A DNA stretch of 63,924 bases, filler included, from Atractiella rhizophila (Eukaryota), in assembly GCA_021432655.1 (NCBI GenBank). It is 6 parts of 5 records of this genome, joined end to end, with 100 filler letters (N's around TTAATTAATTAA, not from the genome) between each part and the next. Parts side by side here need not be neighbours in the genome. Positions count along the whole stretch, not along the records: positions 1 to 22,778 come from MU271428.1; positions 22,879 to 37,211 come from MU271429.1; 4 more parts are not named here. One strand, 5' to 3'. The position numbers were made by a program, and so were the translations under genes. Positions 13,378 through 28,599 of this stretch are shown piece after piece; position 1 is the stretch's first letter; every line of letters begins with the position of its first letter. The notes beneath the pieces were generated by a model. That model did no database searches, had not been told where the DNA came from, and was given only the letters and a program-made list of their open reading frames with translations.

Positions 13378-14960
13378 ATGTCTCCTCCAATCGTCCCAAC
13401 AGCAGAATCGAACGGACATCCTTCCTCGAACGGATACTCTAATGGAACCAATGGACACTCAGCTTCATCCAATGGACATGGTCATGGAAGCCCATCCTCT
13501 GACTCCCGCCACTTCGGAACGAACTTGATACATGTCGGTTCACCCGCCGACCCCAGCACATCAGCCGTGATACCATCGATTTCTCTCAGCACTACCTATG
13601 CCCAAGCCGTCCCCGGTGTGGCGCTCAACGCAAACGGATCGAATCCCTTCTTTGAATATTCTCGTTCATTGAACCCAAACCGTTTGGCATTGGAGAGGAT
13701 GCTCGAGAGCTTGGAGTTACCTGGAGCGGCGGATGGGCATGCGAGCGCTGAACGGTTGCCGAATGCCCTCACTTTCGCCAGTGGCAGTGCTGTCACTCAG
13801 GCCATAGTTCAGGCAGTGGTAGGGAGGGACGGACATATCGTGTCAGGAAGCGACGTATACGGGTACGTCCTTTCGTCATGTCTCAACGTTGTGAAGATTA
13901 ACATGCTGGCATCAGTGGCACCTTCCGCTATTTCACCCGCGTCGCTCCTACTCTTCAAAACGTTCAGACAACCTTCATCAACACTTCGCTCCAATCGTCA
14001 ACCGTCTCTTTGTCCCCAACGACATCCTCCCCACGAGACGTTGCAGCGCTCGAAACCGCACTAGAATCAAGCATCCTTTCAGCCTTCCGACCCAATACCA
14101 AGCTAGTATGGCTCGAAACCCCATCGAACCCGACACTCCTCATCTCTTCCATTCCTCTCGTTGCCAAGCTGGCACATCAACGAGGTGCACTGCTCGTGGT
14201 AGACAATACCTTCCTCTCCCCTTTTTATCAGACCCCTATTCTCTCCGGAGCAGATATCGTTGTGCATTCCCTCACGAAATACATCAATGGTCACTCAGAT
14301 GTCATCATGGGAGCTGTGATCTCTCCTCACACCGAGATCATCGAGAAGCTGAGGTTCCTACAGAACGCAGGTGGAGCGGTGCCTTCTTCATACGATGCTT
14401 GGATGGTCCAACGAGGAGCGAAGACGCTTGAGCTACGCATGAAGCGACACGGACAGTCCGCGTTGGAGTTGGCTCGATGGTTAGAAGAAGAAGGATATTC
14501 CAGATCCTGGCTTAGGGAGGTCATTTATCCCGGTTTGAAGAAGTCGGGAGCGACGCCGCTCGAGGAGAGGATTCGGGAGATCGCATGGGAACAACTGTCG
14601 CCGCAAGCGAGGGAATGGGAATTGGCTAGTGGGAGAAGCAAGGAGGATGGGTTCAGTTATGGTGGAATGCTCTCCATCAGGATCGGCAGGGTCGGAGACT
14701 CTGCTTCCTTGCTTCTCAAGAAGGCACAGACGTTCCTCGGCGCATTGAAGATCTTTACCCTGGCAGAGAGTTTGGGAGGAGTCGAATCTCTCGCTGAGCT
14801 ACCAGCTCTCATGACCCACGCTTCTTTGACTCCAGAAGCGAGACAGCAGTTGGGCATCGATGAGGGTCTGGTTAGGTTGAGCGTGGGGATCGAAGATGCT
14901 AGAGACCTGAAGGAGGATCTGAAAAGGGCTTTTGAGATCGCCGACAAGATTGTCGCTTGA
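13378..14960 (+). CDS. CYS3: Cystathionine gamma-lyase (Cys/Met metabolism PLP enzyme), one intron ~13863-13915
   Basis: ISLSTTY, EYSRSLNPNR, DVYG|GT, WLETPSNP, VVDNTF, HSLTKYINGHSDV (PLP Lys), LAESLGGVESL, MTHAS, VRLSVGIED. Confidence 0.93.
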
Positions 14961-15169
14961 TATGACTGATGTAGAGCCACAAAGTTACTTGGCCTAGCTA
15001 GACATAGCTTAGAGATGTTTGTGTTATTCGCTTTTCGATTACCTTCTTGAATGAGCATATATGTTTGCATTGCTCAAATTTCACGGCAGATAGTACCAGT
15101 TCCAGAGAAAGCGAAGGACAAGAAATGCAAACGACCCCCACTAAGAAACCGTAAAGCGAAAGTAGGTTT

Positions 15170-16834
15170 TTATTCCTCCTCCTCCTCCTCTTGCATAGTT
15201 ACCCTTCTTCTCTTCGCCCCTCTCCCATTGTTTTGACTGTCAGCTAACAACCTCTCATAATCTTTCATGACGTCGTCATACGTCTCCTGAAGTTTCAACT
15301 TCCTCTCGGTCGGCTCGAGTGAAGACAAAATCTCGTAATTGTGCCTGAAAATGCGTTCCTTTACGTGCAATCGATATGGTTTTGAGGGTGCAGTTTTCTT
15401 TGCTTTTCCTTTTGATGATGACGGTGGCAAAAGGAGAGCCATCTCAAGAAGACGTTGAAATTGTCGCTGTGGCCGCCCCATGTCAAGGAAGAGATTGCAT
15501 GGCTGAAGGAAAGCGTACGCGTCCCATTTTCCATTTGAGCCTCTGTGTCTCCTGCCACTCCTCAACCTTCGCTCTATCCTTCAACAGCTTCTTATCGAAG
15601 CCTTCAAAAACCCCAAAGGAGCGCAAGTTCCTCAAATCCGTCTTGTCCCTCATATCCGCAAACGCTTCAGACGGATCTTCTACCGTCAACTCTTTGATTT
15701 CATTCCGTATTAGAACGTGTCGATAGACAAGATTGTAGAGCGCTGAGCCGTGGCCTGTCCCTTGGTGGGGAGGAGTGATGATGAATTGCCTGAAAGATCT
15801 TCAGTCCAACTGGTTAAATCATGGTCAAGAACGTACGCTAGTCGGAGGCGGGTGCTGTCTGGCCAGAAGTGGAAGCGGTATAATGTCGTGTAGCCCACCA
15901 AATGGTAAGCCACGTCGGAAGTGCTGAAAATTTTCCGTTTCTCGTATCTGAGTGACTATCAGCAAGAATGAAAAGAAAGGGATTAGACGAACAAAGCTAC
16001 AAACTCCCACCGATCATCTTCTTCTTCAATGTAGGTGCCACCCTCAATCTCCAGTTGCACAAAGAACTGCATCCTTCTATGCAGCTCCAGCCAGCCCGGA
16101 GTTTTAGCCGTTGCCTGTCGTACTATGAATGACGGAGAACAAAGAGTCGCCCTAGAACTTACAAGATACGCTTCATAAACTACCTCCTCGTCCCATGCTT
16201 CTCCTTCCCGAGCGTACGCGAACTCCCACCTAGCGTCCGTGCCTTCTTTGCCTGGTCGATAGCAACCAATCCTTTCTCCCACAGGTTGGAACTCTTTCTC
16301 TTCACTCTCCAAAAGTGCCTCAAAGTCTTCCAGGTTCTTAAGATATGCTGCAAAAGCAGAATGAGTACGGCTCTTAAAGACAGGAAGAAAGGTTGGGTGG
16401 AAGGACGAACAAGGAGGGATGAAGTCGTACAGGCTCCTTTCGATCCCTGACGCGTCATAGTTCGGAAGAGCTTTGTCGTAAGTCACATTCAGATACATCT
16501 TGAGGCTTCCAGAGACCATTCTCAACTAACCCAAAACCGCCAGTTAGTGCCATTCTCTGGTTATAATGGAACTAGTGCACGTCTATCTCAAGCCCTTTGT
16601 ATCCAGGGATTAATTCCTCCTGTCCAAATATCGGGTACACAAAGGTCGGATGAAAGGAGGCGAGTAATTCCTTGTCCTCGCCTTGTAAAGACCTGGCGGA
16701 ATTCTTTGCCCGTGCTACAGCGTCATTGATCACAATCCCTCTTTTAGGTGCAAGAAATATTGCTCACAAAGAGTCAGTTTCATGGCCGTCTTGCCATCGC
16801 AAGACCATGCCGCTTCGTGTGCTATTGACGCCAT
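15170..16834 (-). CDS. HAT1: Histone acetyltransferase type B catalytic subunit, multi-exon
   Basis: WLELHRRMQFF..IEGGTYIEEEDDRWEF, YHLVGYTTLYRF, RLRL..QFIITPPHQGTGHG (acetyl-CoA motif), ELTVEDPSEAFADMRD, YRLHVKERI. Confidence 0.92.
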
Positions 16835-18042
16835 GATGCTCTGAATAAAGGTCGACGCGTTCAGCTTAGTTGGCCGTATTTGTTCAGTCTCCACATGGAT
16901 CACACACTCTGAAGCACAACCCCAACGATGTGCGTTAAACACAATACCGTCTTCGAGACAGAAAGTGTGAGGTCGTGTTGGCCCAGTAGATGTGAGATGT
17001 TTGCGTAATTCGTGATGTGAGTTCCAGTTTCCAAGTTTATGCTGTCTCGTATGTTTTCATTCTGCTGTCATGGAAAAAGAAAATTATATTTGTGACGCCG
17101 TGTAGAGCAGAGGAGAACTTGCCGAGTAGAAATCCTGCCTGCCACTGAACTTAGAAGCGAGGTGTGAAAAGTAGAGATACGATTTGTCAGCCCATTAGTT
17201 TATTGTCTCCAGCTTCTTCGCAAATAGAGTGCGACTGTCAACTGGGAGCCACATTAGGCAGAATGCAGCAGCCTGACGTAAAGCCGTAATAGTAACCCGG
17301 GTCATCATCTGAGCTCACGCGCTCGCGTGTCATCTACCAACATAACCATGTCTCGAAATTGCATTTTCGTTGATGGCGACTCTTACCTTGGTTATTATTG
17401 GACCGTCACGGAACGAGCCCGCTGGGCCCTCTTGATTACGTCTCAAATTCTCAAAGCTCAGTAAACCCGCGGCGTAGCTCAACGTTGACTAAGTTTATGG
17501 GCTGGCTGAGAAGCGCAATAGCGGAAGATTGTCCGCAACGCCGAATATTAACGCGGCTGTGAATGCTACTGGCATAGTAGCATGTATTGTAGCATGAGTA
17601 AGTAAGGGTGCGTACGTATAGTTTGGTAAAATCCGTCTTCTGGGGAATAGAACTAACCTTTGTATCCTATGTATCACCAAGACAGCCTTTCTAAGCATGA
17701 AGCTGAAAACAAAGCGGATCCAGGTGGATCTTCAAATTCTTTTGAAATCCTTGAGCCAAGCCTTTCACATCTGTTTTCAAATGGAAAGAATGGAAGCCTT
17801 TTGCAGGCCTATAATCGCATGACTCAGAAGGTAAACTGTTGAAAAAGAAGTCGTTGTCCACTGGGGCAAACATCAGTGCTCAATCTCAGTCTGAAAATTT
17901 CCGGCTATTTCCATAGTCCCCAGCATAGCATTATCTCTCCTCTAAGGAGCGCACCGACATCTCCTAGTTCTGTTGTGAAGGTTGTTTGCTCTTGTGTGTT
18001 AGCCATCCTGGAGAATTTTACATCTGGTTTAGATTGCGCTTG

Positions 18043-20477
18043 ATGGCGACGACATACGAAGCTCCTCTATGTGACGCGTGCAAAGAACAGGGTATTTTCT
18101 GTGCTCGACAACATTTGTCGAGTTGTGATCGATGTTTGACGCTCGGTATCGCATGTACCTTCTCTCATCCCTTGGCTATTAAAGCCAGCAACTCAAGGGG
18201 GTACGAAAGTCGACTTCTTTGATCTGGAAGTACTGACGTACTATAGATGGGCCTTGAAAGAGCTGAAACATAAAACTGGATACTCCTCTTCTAGACACCT
18301 TCAACACGATCTCTATAGCATCGGCGTGGTGGGAAAACCCAAAAAAAGGAAGTTGGGCAAGAATTCAGCGCAATCTCAAAAGAAAATAAGAGAAGCCTCA
18401 AAGATGTGAGGTTTCCTCCAGGGTCTGAGGCAAGTAGGTGACTTTCTCGCAATATGAAGCCAGTCACGCCGCGTCGTAGACTTGGCAGCGACTTTTATAA
18501 GGCACACACAAATTGGAAGTGACTCAGTAGATGGAAAACTTGCAAGTTTTCAAGTGACATCCCTCGTCGGTGATCATTTGCTTCAATGTGAGGGTCCTTT
18601 CACGTTTCCTCTCACTAACAGACATGCAGTAAGCACCAACCAGCTGCTGAGGTTCTTGACAGACATTACAGGATTGGATTATCCAACATCCTGGACATCA
18701 TTCGTGGATTTAAAAAGCAAGAACAGCGACCTAGCAGAATGTATAGATGTAATGCCAGATCATTTCTGTAGAAACTTTTCTTGATAATGTACTGATAGGC
18801 CTGGATTTGTGCTTGTCTCGCCGTTGGCGCCACTCGATCATGGCATCCAGTGAGTGATGCCCTTTTCTCATGCAATAAAGTACTTTGCGTGATGCTGCTG
18901 TGACATCAGGTCATTCTGGGCTCAGCTGCTTTAAAGGAGCAACCTGTGCAGACGTTGAAGGATAATTTACTCGACCTACGACGATGTGGTAACGGCCGTA
19001 AAGGTATTCGATGGGATCTGGTCAATCAATGTCTCTCCGGAATCATCGCGGCTCCATTCATCCTTGCACCAACCATCAAAAATTTGACCATTATCAGTGC
19101 ACTCCTTGGAATGTTTCTTGCCACTCGCCCCAACACGTTCCATTTTGCCCTGTTGCAAATAGGAATCGACCACTTCTCTAACCTACTTTCGAAAAGTGAC
19201 GATCAAGCTCAGCGAGCCCAGTTTATACAGAAGCATTTTCACATTTTATGGGTATGTCGACAGAACTGAGTCAGAGGTCGCGTCCTTAATACGAGGACTT
19301 GCAGTTCGCAGACACCATATTTCACAGCGAAGAGAGAACTGGTGGAGGACTTCCGTTCTTGTATGTCACTTCCTTCTCTAGGCTGAGTGTAGCTCAATCT
19401 TTTACAGCACAGACTGCGACATTCAACGTCTTTTCGGCTCTGCCGGATTGAATCCGAGTCCGTATATCGATCCAAGGTGTCTACATTCCAGAAGCCTTCA
19501 GGGGAAAGCTATCGAAGTGACAGATACCTATTGGAAAACAGCAGTCTGTTTTCGTAGACATATCACAATAACAGGTCGATTAACTCCCAGTCCGTTTCAA
19601 CAGGCTGACGAGGCTTTCTTCCATGTAGGACACAGTCTTAGTCAAGACGATATAACACAAGCCGCCGTTGAGGCTGCATGCACCGATCTCCTCAATATAT
19701 CCCTCGAATTTCGTCAGTCTCGGCAAGAACATTTTGCACGCTCTCCTCCGTCTAACCCTCCAAACGCATCAACAGCTTCGTATTATGTTGGACCTGGAGG
19801 CGAGGAGACAATAACTGATTCTCGTGTAGTTCAGACAGAGGAGTCGATAAATGCGTTTTACATGTCTCGGGTTATTTCAAACGCTAGCCAACGGTTCCCC
19901 CAGAGTAACAGGCTGCTCACTCTCTGGAAGTGTTCATTGAAGGTGGCCGAAGAACAAATTGGGCTTACTCTTGCGTTGTGGGACTATATCGTCGATGTCT
20001 GCGAGGTGGAAAACAAACCCATTTTCAGCACACTGAGCAATCATCAGGGTCTGATTCGAAGTTTCAGGTGGCTCCCAAACGAGGGCTGGAGGTTTCTGGT
20101 GCACTGGCAAGCACAATTCCCTGAATACAAGTCGAGTTTGGAGAGGTGTGTCTTTTGCAGCCACGAGGAAGAAACTAAATGCCAGAGTAGGCTCGTAAAG
20201 ATTTGGAAATACCTTGCTTTCACCGCGTACGAATTCTCCAATAATATTGAAGACTACGAAGACGAACTGGCGCGGTTGAAGGTATGAGTCTCGCCTCCGC
20301 CTCAGTGCAGTTTGCGTGATTCATTGTGAAAAGGACACTCAATCTCTCGAACGTCCCGTCACGACAATCTCCCCCGATGTAGTTTCTAGGGATGCATCAA
20401 CTCATCAAAATCAGGAGATAAAGAGGGATGTGTCACCCGATCTTGCAGACTTTGCACAAACGCTATTCACGATTTGA
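18043..20477 (+). CDS. Zn(II)2Cys6 fungal transcription factor, multi-exon
   Basis: CDACKEQGIFCARQHLSSCDRCLTLGIACT (six Cys) at the N-terminus, followed by several coding-like exons (18946-19269, 19448-20287). Exon structure is approximate. Confidence 0.6.
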
Positions 20478-20819
20478 GTATTTTGATTTCCACTTTGATC
20501 CTTGTACTAGGATGAGAGCAATGTTCTGCAGAACAAACAAGAGTATAGGATCTAAGCGTGACGCTCTGAGTTCAAAGGTATGCACTGAATTTTGAGGGGG
20601 TTATTCCCTACATTGTCTACACCGTGACTCCATGTAGGTCGCAGAGAACCCATCCTACTAGAAGCTGTTTCAATGCAGACGACTGCTCCTTAATATTCTT
20701 CCGTGAGAAGATGTTACTGTAATATGGCATCCCTAGCGGCGAGAGCGAGAGAAAGCATATGCAAGCACTTCCCCTGAATGCACAATTGTACACTCTACAC
20801 TCTATTCACAACGAACGAT

Positions 20820-21502
20820 TCATTTCGACGGACAAATCTGTTCACTCAGTCTCTTTGCCGCCTCCTCCGCCGTCAGTTTTGTGACATCGATATCGATCGC
20901 CTTCGTCTTTTCTCCTGAGAAGCGATACAGGTCCAGAGCACGAATCCTCATCAGCTCATCCTTGCTCGTCAGCTTCTTCCCCACTCTGTCTTCACCTTGC
21001 CCTCGCATCATATGTTCCTCTTCTTCGCAGTCGAGATAGATAGCAGTGAAGGAGATATTGTGGGAGAGGGCAAAGCCTTCAATTATCTCGGGGATGAGGC
21101 GGTTGTGCGCCATGTGGGCACCAGTGAAGACGCAGCTGATGTTGGACTCGAAGAGGGATTGCAGCACGACGTCCAACTGAATAACAGAGCTTCTTCAGTG
21201 TTCGCATACTTCATGCTATTAAAAACGGTGACGAACGACTTGGACGCGAAGCTTATTATACGGGTCACTGTTCTGCTTGTAAATGTTGCGACATAGATCG
21301 ATGACCAAGTGATTGTGAATCAGCTTTGCCTCAGGGTGTAGCTTCCTGTGCGTAGCGTCGTTAAGAACTCTTCAAGCTGACCTTTCTTTAAGCTCACTCA
21401 CAAATATTCCTTCGCAATGGTCACCTTTCCCATCCCAGGATGAGAGTTGAAATAAACCCATTGTGCCTGGCCTTCTACCTGTGCTTCTAGTGCGACGGAC
21501 AT
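20820..21502 (-). CDS. Small P-loop kinase (AAA_33/CPT-like)
   Basis: WVYFNSHPGMGKVT (Walker A-like), KLIHNHLVID, IYLDCEEEEHMMR...R lid, IDVTKLTAEEAA. Confidence 0.7.
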
Positions 21503-21866
21503 CTTGGATGATCTCTCTCTTTGATTACTGGCGAGATCTTGAAGGAAAGCGAGTTATATATGCTTCTCTCGATATCGCAGTTCTGCTTGTATCTGACTGT
21601 CACAACGAAATTTCGCCAGTCTAGCTTGTTATCCCGAGTCCTATCTCGGACACGCACCACAATACAATTTCATCAGCTCCATTTCAAACCCAGCTGGTTG
21701 ATGACATTGCACTCCCATTCTCAACGCGAGCCCAATTCGCTTCGCAGTCAACTCAGCAATACCGAGTTCTCCGAATTGATGTAGTTTGTCGTACATCCGC
21801 TTATATCCTTGGCAGCCAACTCAAGCGACAACGAGCTAGACATTATCAACTTCTTTTCATTCCAGG

Positions 21867-22565
21867 ATGTCAGCACCTCCAAGAATCCTCAGCACTCCCT
21901 ATGTCGACCCTACGCCCATGCCGGCCAATGTGCCCCACGTGGACGAAGTGGGAACGACGAGCGCACCTCTGAAGTCGCTCGCTTTTTTCATTGGGCAGCA
22001 CTGTGCGCCTTACAATGGTACGCTCTTTCAATCTCTATTAACGAGAGGGTAGGAGAGTGACACGCTGTTGGTATGCACAGAGGACTTCATGCTCTGTAAA
22101 GCGGAGTCTACCGACCCGGCACATTGTTTGAAGGAGGGTAGGAGGGTGACGAGGTGCACTCAAGACTTGTGTGTTTCTCCTTCCTTTGGTTGCTCCCGAA
22201 TGTGTTGAGCAAGTGTCGGCGATGGTTAGGATCTCAAAAATGAAGGCGTCATGCAAAGAGGTGCTGGAAGCGCATTACGAGTGTCTTGAGCGTAGTAACC
22301 ATGTTTGTCCCTCCACCACCAAACTGACCTTTCTCCTGACGCCTGATGTCCCGGTAGACATATTACATGTGCCGACCTCAAGAGAAGCTGCTGAATGAAT
22401 GTGCATTTGAGAAATTCGTGAGTGCATTCTCTTCGATTCCATATCAGCCATTCTTGTAGCTCATGAATGGATCAGAAATTCAAGAAGGTAATACCTGGCA
22501 CACCGGAAGGGGAAGTACCAGTGCACGAACGAGCGAAGCCCATGTACAAGCCTCATCAACGTTGA
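21867..22565 (+). CDS. NDUFA8: NADH:ubiquinone oxidoreductase 20.8-kDa subunit (NDUFA8/NUPM), multi-exon
   Basis: Spliced product: VDPTPMPANVPHVDEVGTTSAPLKSLAFFIGQHC..YNEDFMLCK..PAHCLKEGRRVTRC..C..HYECL..CR..E..LNEC..KKVIPGTP (twin CX9C). Confidence 0.93.
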
Positions 22566-22778
22566 ACTTTCGAGGGATGGAGCTTAGCCTTGGTTTCTTG
22601 CCTGGACTGGGAGCAACCATGGGTGGAAGTGAAGGTGCTACAATATTTATTGTAGATGTATGGGACGACAATACGTATGGTACAACAAAATGCCACAGTC
22701 CGTTAGATTCGTCCTCTATTTTTGCATCCGCCTGTGGCCATGGCCAGGTCAATTGTGAGTGGCATGGTAAAGAACGTT

Positions 22779-22878
22779 NNNNNNNNNNNNNNNNNNNNNN
22801 NNNNNNNNNNNNNNNNNNNNNNTTAATTAATTAANNNNNNNNNNNNNNNNNNNNNNNNNNNNNNNNNNNNNNNNNNNN
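22779..22878. other. Artificial contig linker (N44-TTAATTAATTAA-N44)
   Basis: Exactly 100 bp with a six-frame stop cassette; identical to four other linkers in the window. Confidence 0.97.
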
Positions 22879-22946
22879 ACCATTTGAATCTACAAAGATG
22901 ACAAGAGTGGTTGCAAGAGAATAATTTAACTTTGGTGCCTTGGAAC

Positions 22947-25451
<2,505 letters not shown>

Positions 25452-26124
25452 TCTTCGTTAATTTCGTGCTCAACAAACAGGATCCAAATGAGAAATATGT
25501 CGTTCCCACTGTGATTTGTACAGCTTAGATAACCTGTTATATAACAAGTGAAGAAGCGGCCGTCAGAAGTTTGTCACCCTCCCGGCGGCGGAATCCCCGT
25601 TTTCAAGACGACACCTGTGGGACTAAGTGGGTGCGATGAAGACTCGACTTCCGAGCTCAATTCCATTTGTAGCCCTCGGTAGCCGAGCTCGGTGCCGAAG
25701 TCAGGAAAATTCACTGATCATCTAAGCTGAAATGAAGAAAGCTGTGAGGGCATCTCAACGTTTTATTGTGTGCGAGCGCAAGATGCGTGTTACAAATTAC
25801 CTTTTCATCTGCCTTTGGCACTTCATTGAAGCTTCATCAGTACACCAGTACGCGTTGTTGCACCAATTTCAAACGCTAGGATTGTTTGTCAAGAAGGGCT
25901 AAATCGAACTCCAATTGCGCAAGTGACAGCCCCCACCACATGTAAATACATATCGATGCTTAGAAACCTGCAGGCCGTGGCATACCGCTCATAATGGTGA
26001 TTCGGGCAGGGAAGCAGACGATGTCGATTTCTGATTTCGGAGGCATCGCCATCGTAGAGCAGGATGTCGTAACCCGTCTACTGAGACATGATCCTTCGAA
26101 GCAGCTTCAACAAGCCTTCAATAT

Positions 26125-28085
26125 TCAAGCCGCCTGAGGTAAAACCATCGGTCCAGCAGCAAGGCACAGGTTGCGTTCTGTGAAAGCCGTCTCTAGAACG
26201 GGTGTCTGCTTAGTGTACAATGTGGCGAGGAGATCTCGACTATAGCGCGTTCAGTCAGCTTTCCAGACCCACACAAGCAATAGCGCAGAGCGAGGACGCA
26301 CTTCCTCTTTTCCCCGCGCCTTAGCATCTCCATATCCACATCATCGAACCCCTTCACCCTTCCATCTTCTCCTCTCTCCTCCGCTGGCGCTTTCACGTCC
26401 CATACCCGCACTGTTTCATCATGACTTCCGCTGACAAGCAGGGAAGATTCGGCCGAGAAGGCGAGTGAGTTGATACGTGAGGTGTGGCCAGTCATGGTCT
26501 TGAGAACGCGAGAAGTACCAAGGTCGTACAGCTTGATCTCCTTGTCTTCTCCTGCAACCGTTCAAACTTGTTCAACCCCAGTTAAGTGGGAACGTGAGAT
26601 AGATACCAACCTGCAGAAGCCAACCACTTCCCATCCGGACTGACGGCGATGCAGGAGACAGGACCTGAGTGGCCCGTGAAGAGGCGAACACAATCTCCTC
26701 TCTCCACATCCCACATCCTACACGTCCGGTCGCTGCTCCCCGTCACCACATAGAGCGAATTAGGGTGGAACCTGACAGTCTGACACCCCATTAGGTCGCT
26801 CCCCACGGCATTGAAAGTGGAAGCGCACATCGACGTCGCTTAGATGACCCGAAAAGATTCTCAAGCTTACAACTCTTTCTGTATTCCACAGTCTCGCTGT
26901 CCTATCCCTCCCCCCACTCACGAAGTACACGCCTCTCGGTCCCCAATCCACGTCCCAAACCGGCTCCCGGTGCCCTTTATACGCCACGAGCGGAGTATAA
27001 GTATGCATCGACCAAAGACGCACAGAAGCGTCCTGGGACGACGAAAGGAGGAAACGTGGGGGGGATGATGGGCCGGAAGATGGATCGAAGGCGAGAGAGT
27101 AAACAGGTCCAGAGTGTGAGAGCAGTTTGAGGGTGGGAGAGGTTGAAGGAACTTTCTTGAGTTGTTTCGGGTGGGTGATTGTTGACGGATCAAAGTCAGA
27201 CTTGATTGGCCGTAAGGGTTCTCCCTTCAGATTCCATAGACGTATGTAGCTTTCTGAGAAACCAGTAGCCATCAAAGTCGCATCTCGTGAAAATTTTACG
27301 CTCGTTAACCTTTAGCTCTGCCTCAGCCTGTTACCATCAGAAACATGGAAATAACTCACGTCTCCCCTGCATCGTGGATCGTAAACATACAAACGCTGGG
27401 TTTCTTCCCCTCCTCCTTCTCTCCTTTCGTCTTCTTCCTCCCCATCACACCATACGCAGCGAAAACCCTTTCGTTCACTCTACTCTCATCTTTCTCAAAC
27501 GCCTCCGCTGAGAGTCTGATCCTCTTCCTCGCTTGTCTAATTGCCTCCGCTTCACGGGCCACGTCAACAATTTTGAAGGTGGCCGGGTACGGAGGAAGCT
27601 CTCCAGGTTGAGGTGATACCCAACTAAGCTGATCAGGTGGAGGAGCGACTTCGGCGGATAGGGAGGAGTCGACCTCATACGGCTCTTCTAGCTCTCGAAG
27701 AACTTCACGCTTGAATTTCGGCTCGAGAGGAGCAGGTCCCAGTTTGACAGGTTCGAGTGAACGGACGGGAGGTTGATGTTTGGCGGAGGGGGTGAGGTCA
27801 GGGAGGAGACCAGAGAGAAGGTCGGACGGGAGTGGGATTGGGAGATGTAATTTCTACCAAGCTCTCAGCTGGAGGATAGAAAGAAGAAGGAATGGCGCAC
27901 TTTCAAACTTGACGTGCTCGTTAAAAAGCCTCCATACAGTCCCCCTCTCGTCTCCTCTCTCCTTTTTCAAACCCGTCCGTTTTGGATCGTTTGCGGTCTT
28001 TGTGTTCTTTCCTCCCATAGCCCATGCCAGCAACAAATCCAGACCCCTCTCACTCATTCTCACGAAGAACTTATTCTTCAGCCCC
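26125..28085 (-). CDS. TAF5: TFIID/SAGA subunit TAF5 (end of NTD2 plus WD40 repeats); the 5' part is missing
   Basis: PSVCMFT, ATGFSESYIRLWNLKGEPL, HSGPVYS, LLSSSQDASVRLWS, VAYKGH..PVWDV, DRTARLW, RIFSGHLSDVD, FHPNSLY..TGSSDRTCRMWDV, FTERNLCLAAG. The upstream NKFFVRMS..LLL..FNEHV matches the end of NTD2. Confidence 0.88.
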
Positions 28086-28259
28086 TCCCGTTTGCCTATC
28101 ATGCACAAATGTGCCTCTCGAGTAAGATCCAATGACTGAGAAAGTTGCATCGGAAAGCTTGAGATGGTCGATCTTGAACTTGGTGAGGGAATGCCAGAAA
28201 GTGGGGGGGACCGAAGAAGCGAAGGGATCAAATGTGAGAATCTGCCGTTTGTTGCTCAT
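28071..28259 (-). pseudogene. ATG7: 5' fragment of the autophagy E1-like enzyme ATG7
   Basis: MSNKRQILTFDPFASSVPPTFWHSLTKFKIDHLKLSD...GSYSRG..VHDRQTG matches the ATG7 N-terminus as I recall it. The frame stops after 62 aa on running into TAF5 sequence. Confidence 0.75.
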
Positions 28260-28599
28260 GGTAAGGCTGGTAGTATAGCTATAGTATGTCTTATGTTGAA
28301 TCGCGTATTGGCGATTGGCGATTGCTCAGACTCCTGCAGATTGACTCGAATGTGTGGCGAGAAGAAAAGCTTCTTGATACAGAGAATCGACCAAAGTGTT
28401 GGGCTTGTCAGGTGTCAACCTGTCAGGTGTGACTAGTGTCTTCAGAACTCAACACTCAGGACACCAGGTAAGCACTTCAATACGGAGCCTTTAGCTCTGT
28501 GCCTTGCGAAAGAGTTCTACTTGGGGCAGAAATATGTGAAGGACATGGTATCTCCCTTAACCCTTAGAACACAAACACAATGACGATCAGATTTGAGAA

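Noticed and set aside
22823..22834. Repeated TTAATTAATTAA as a biological repeat or CRISPR-like element
   Set aside because: It is always centred in exactly 44+44 Ns, so it is a synthetic spacer.
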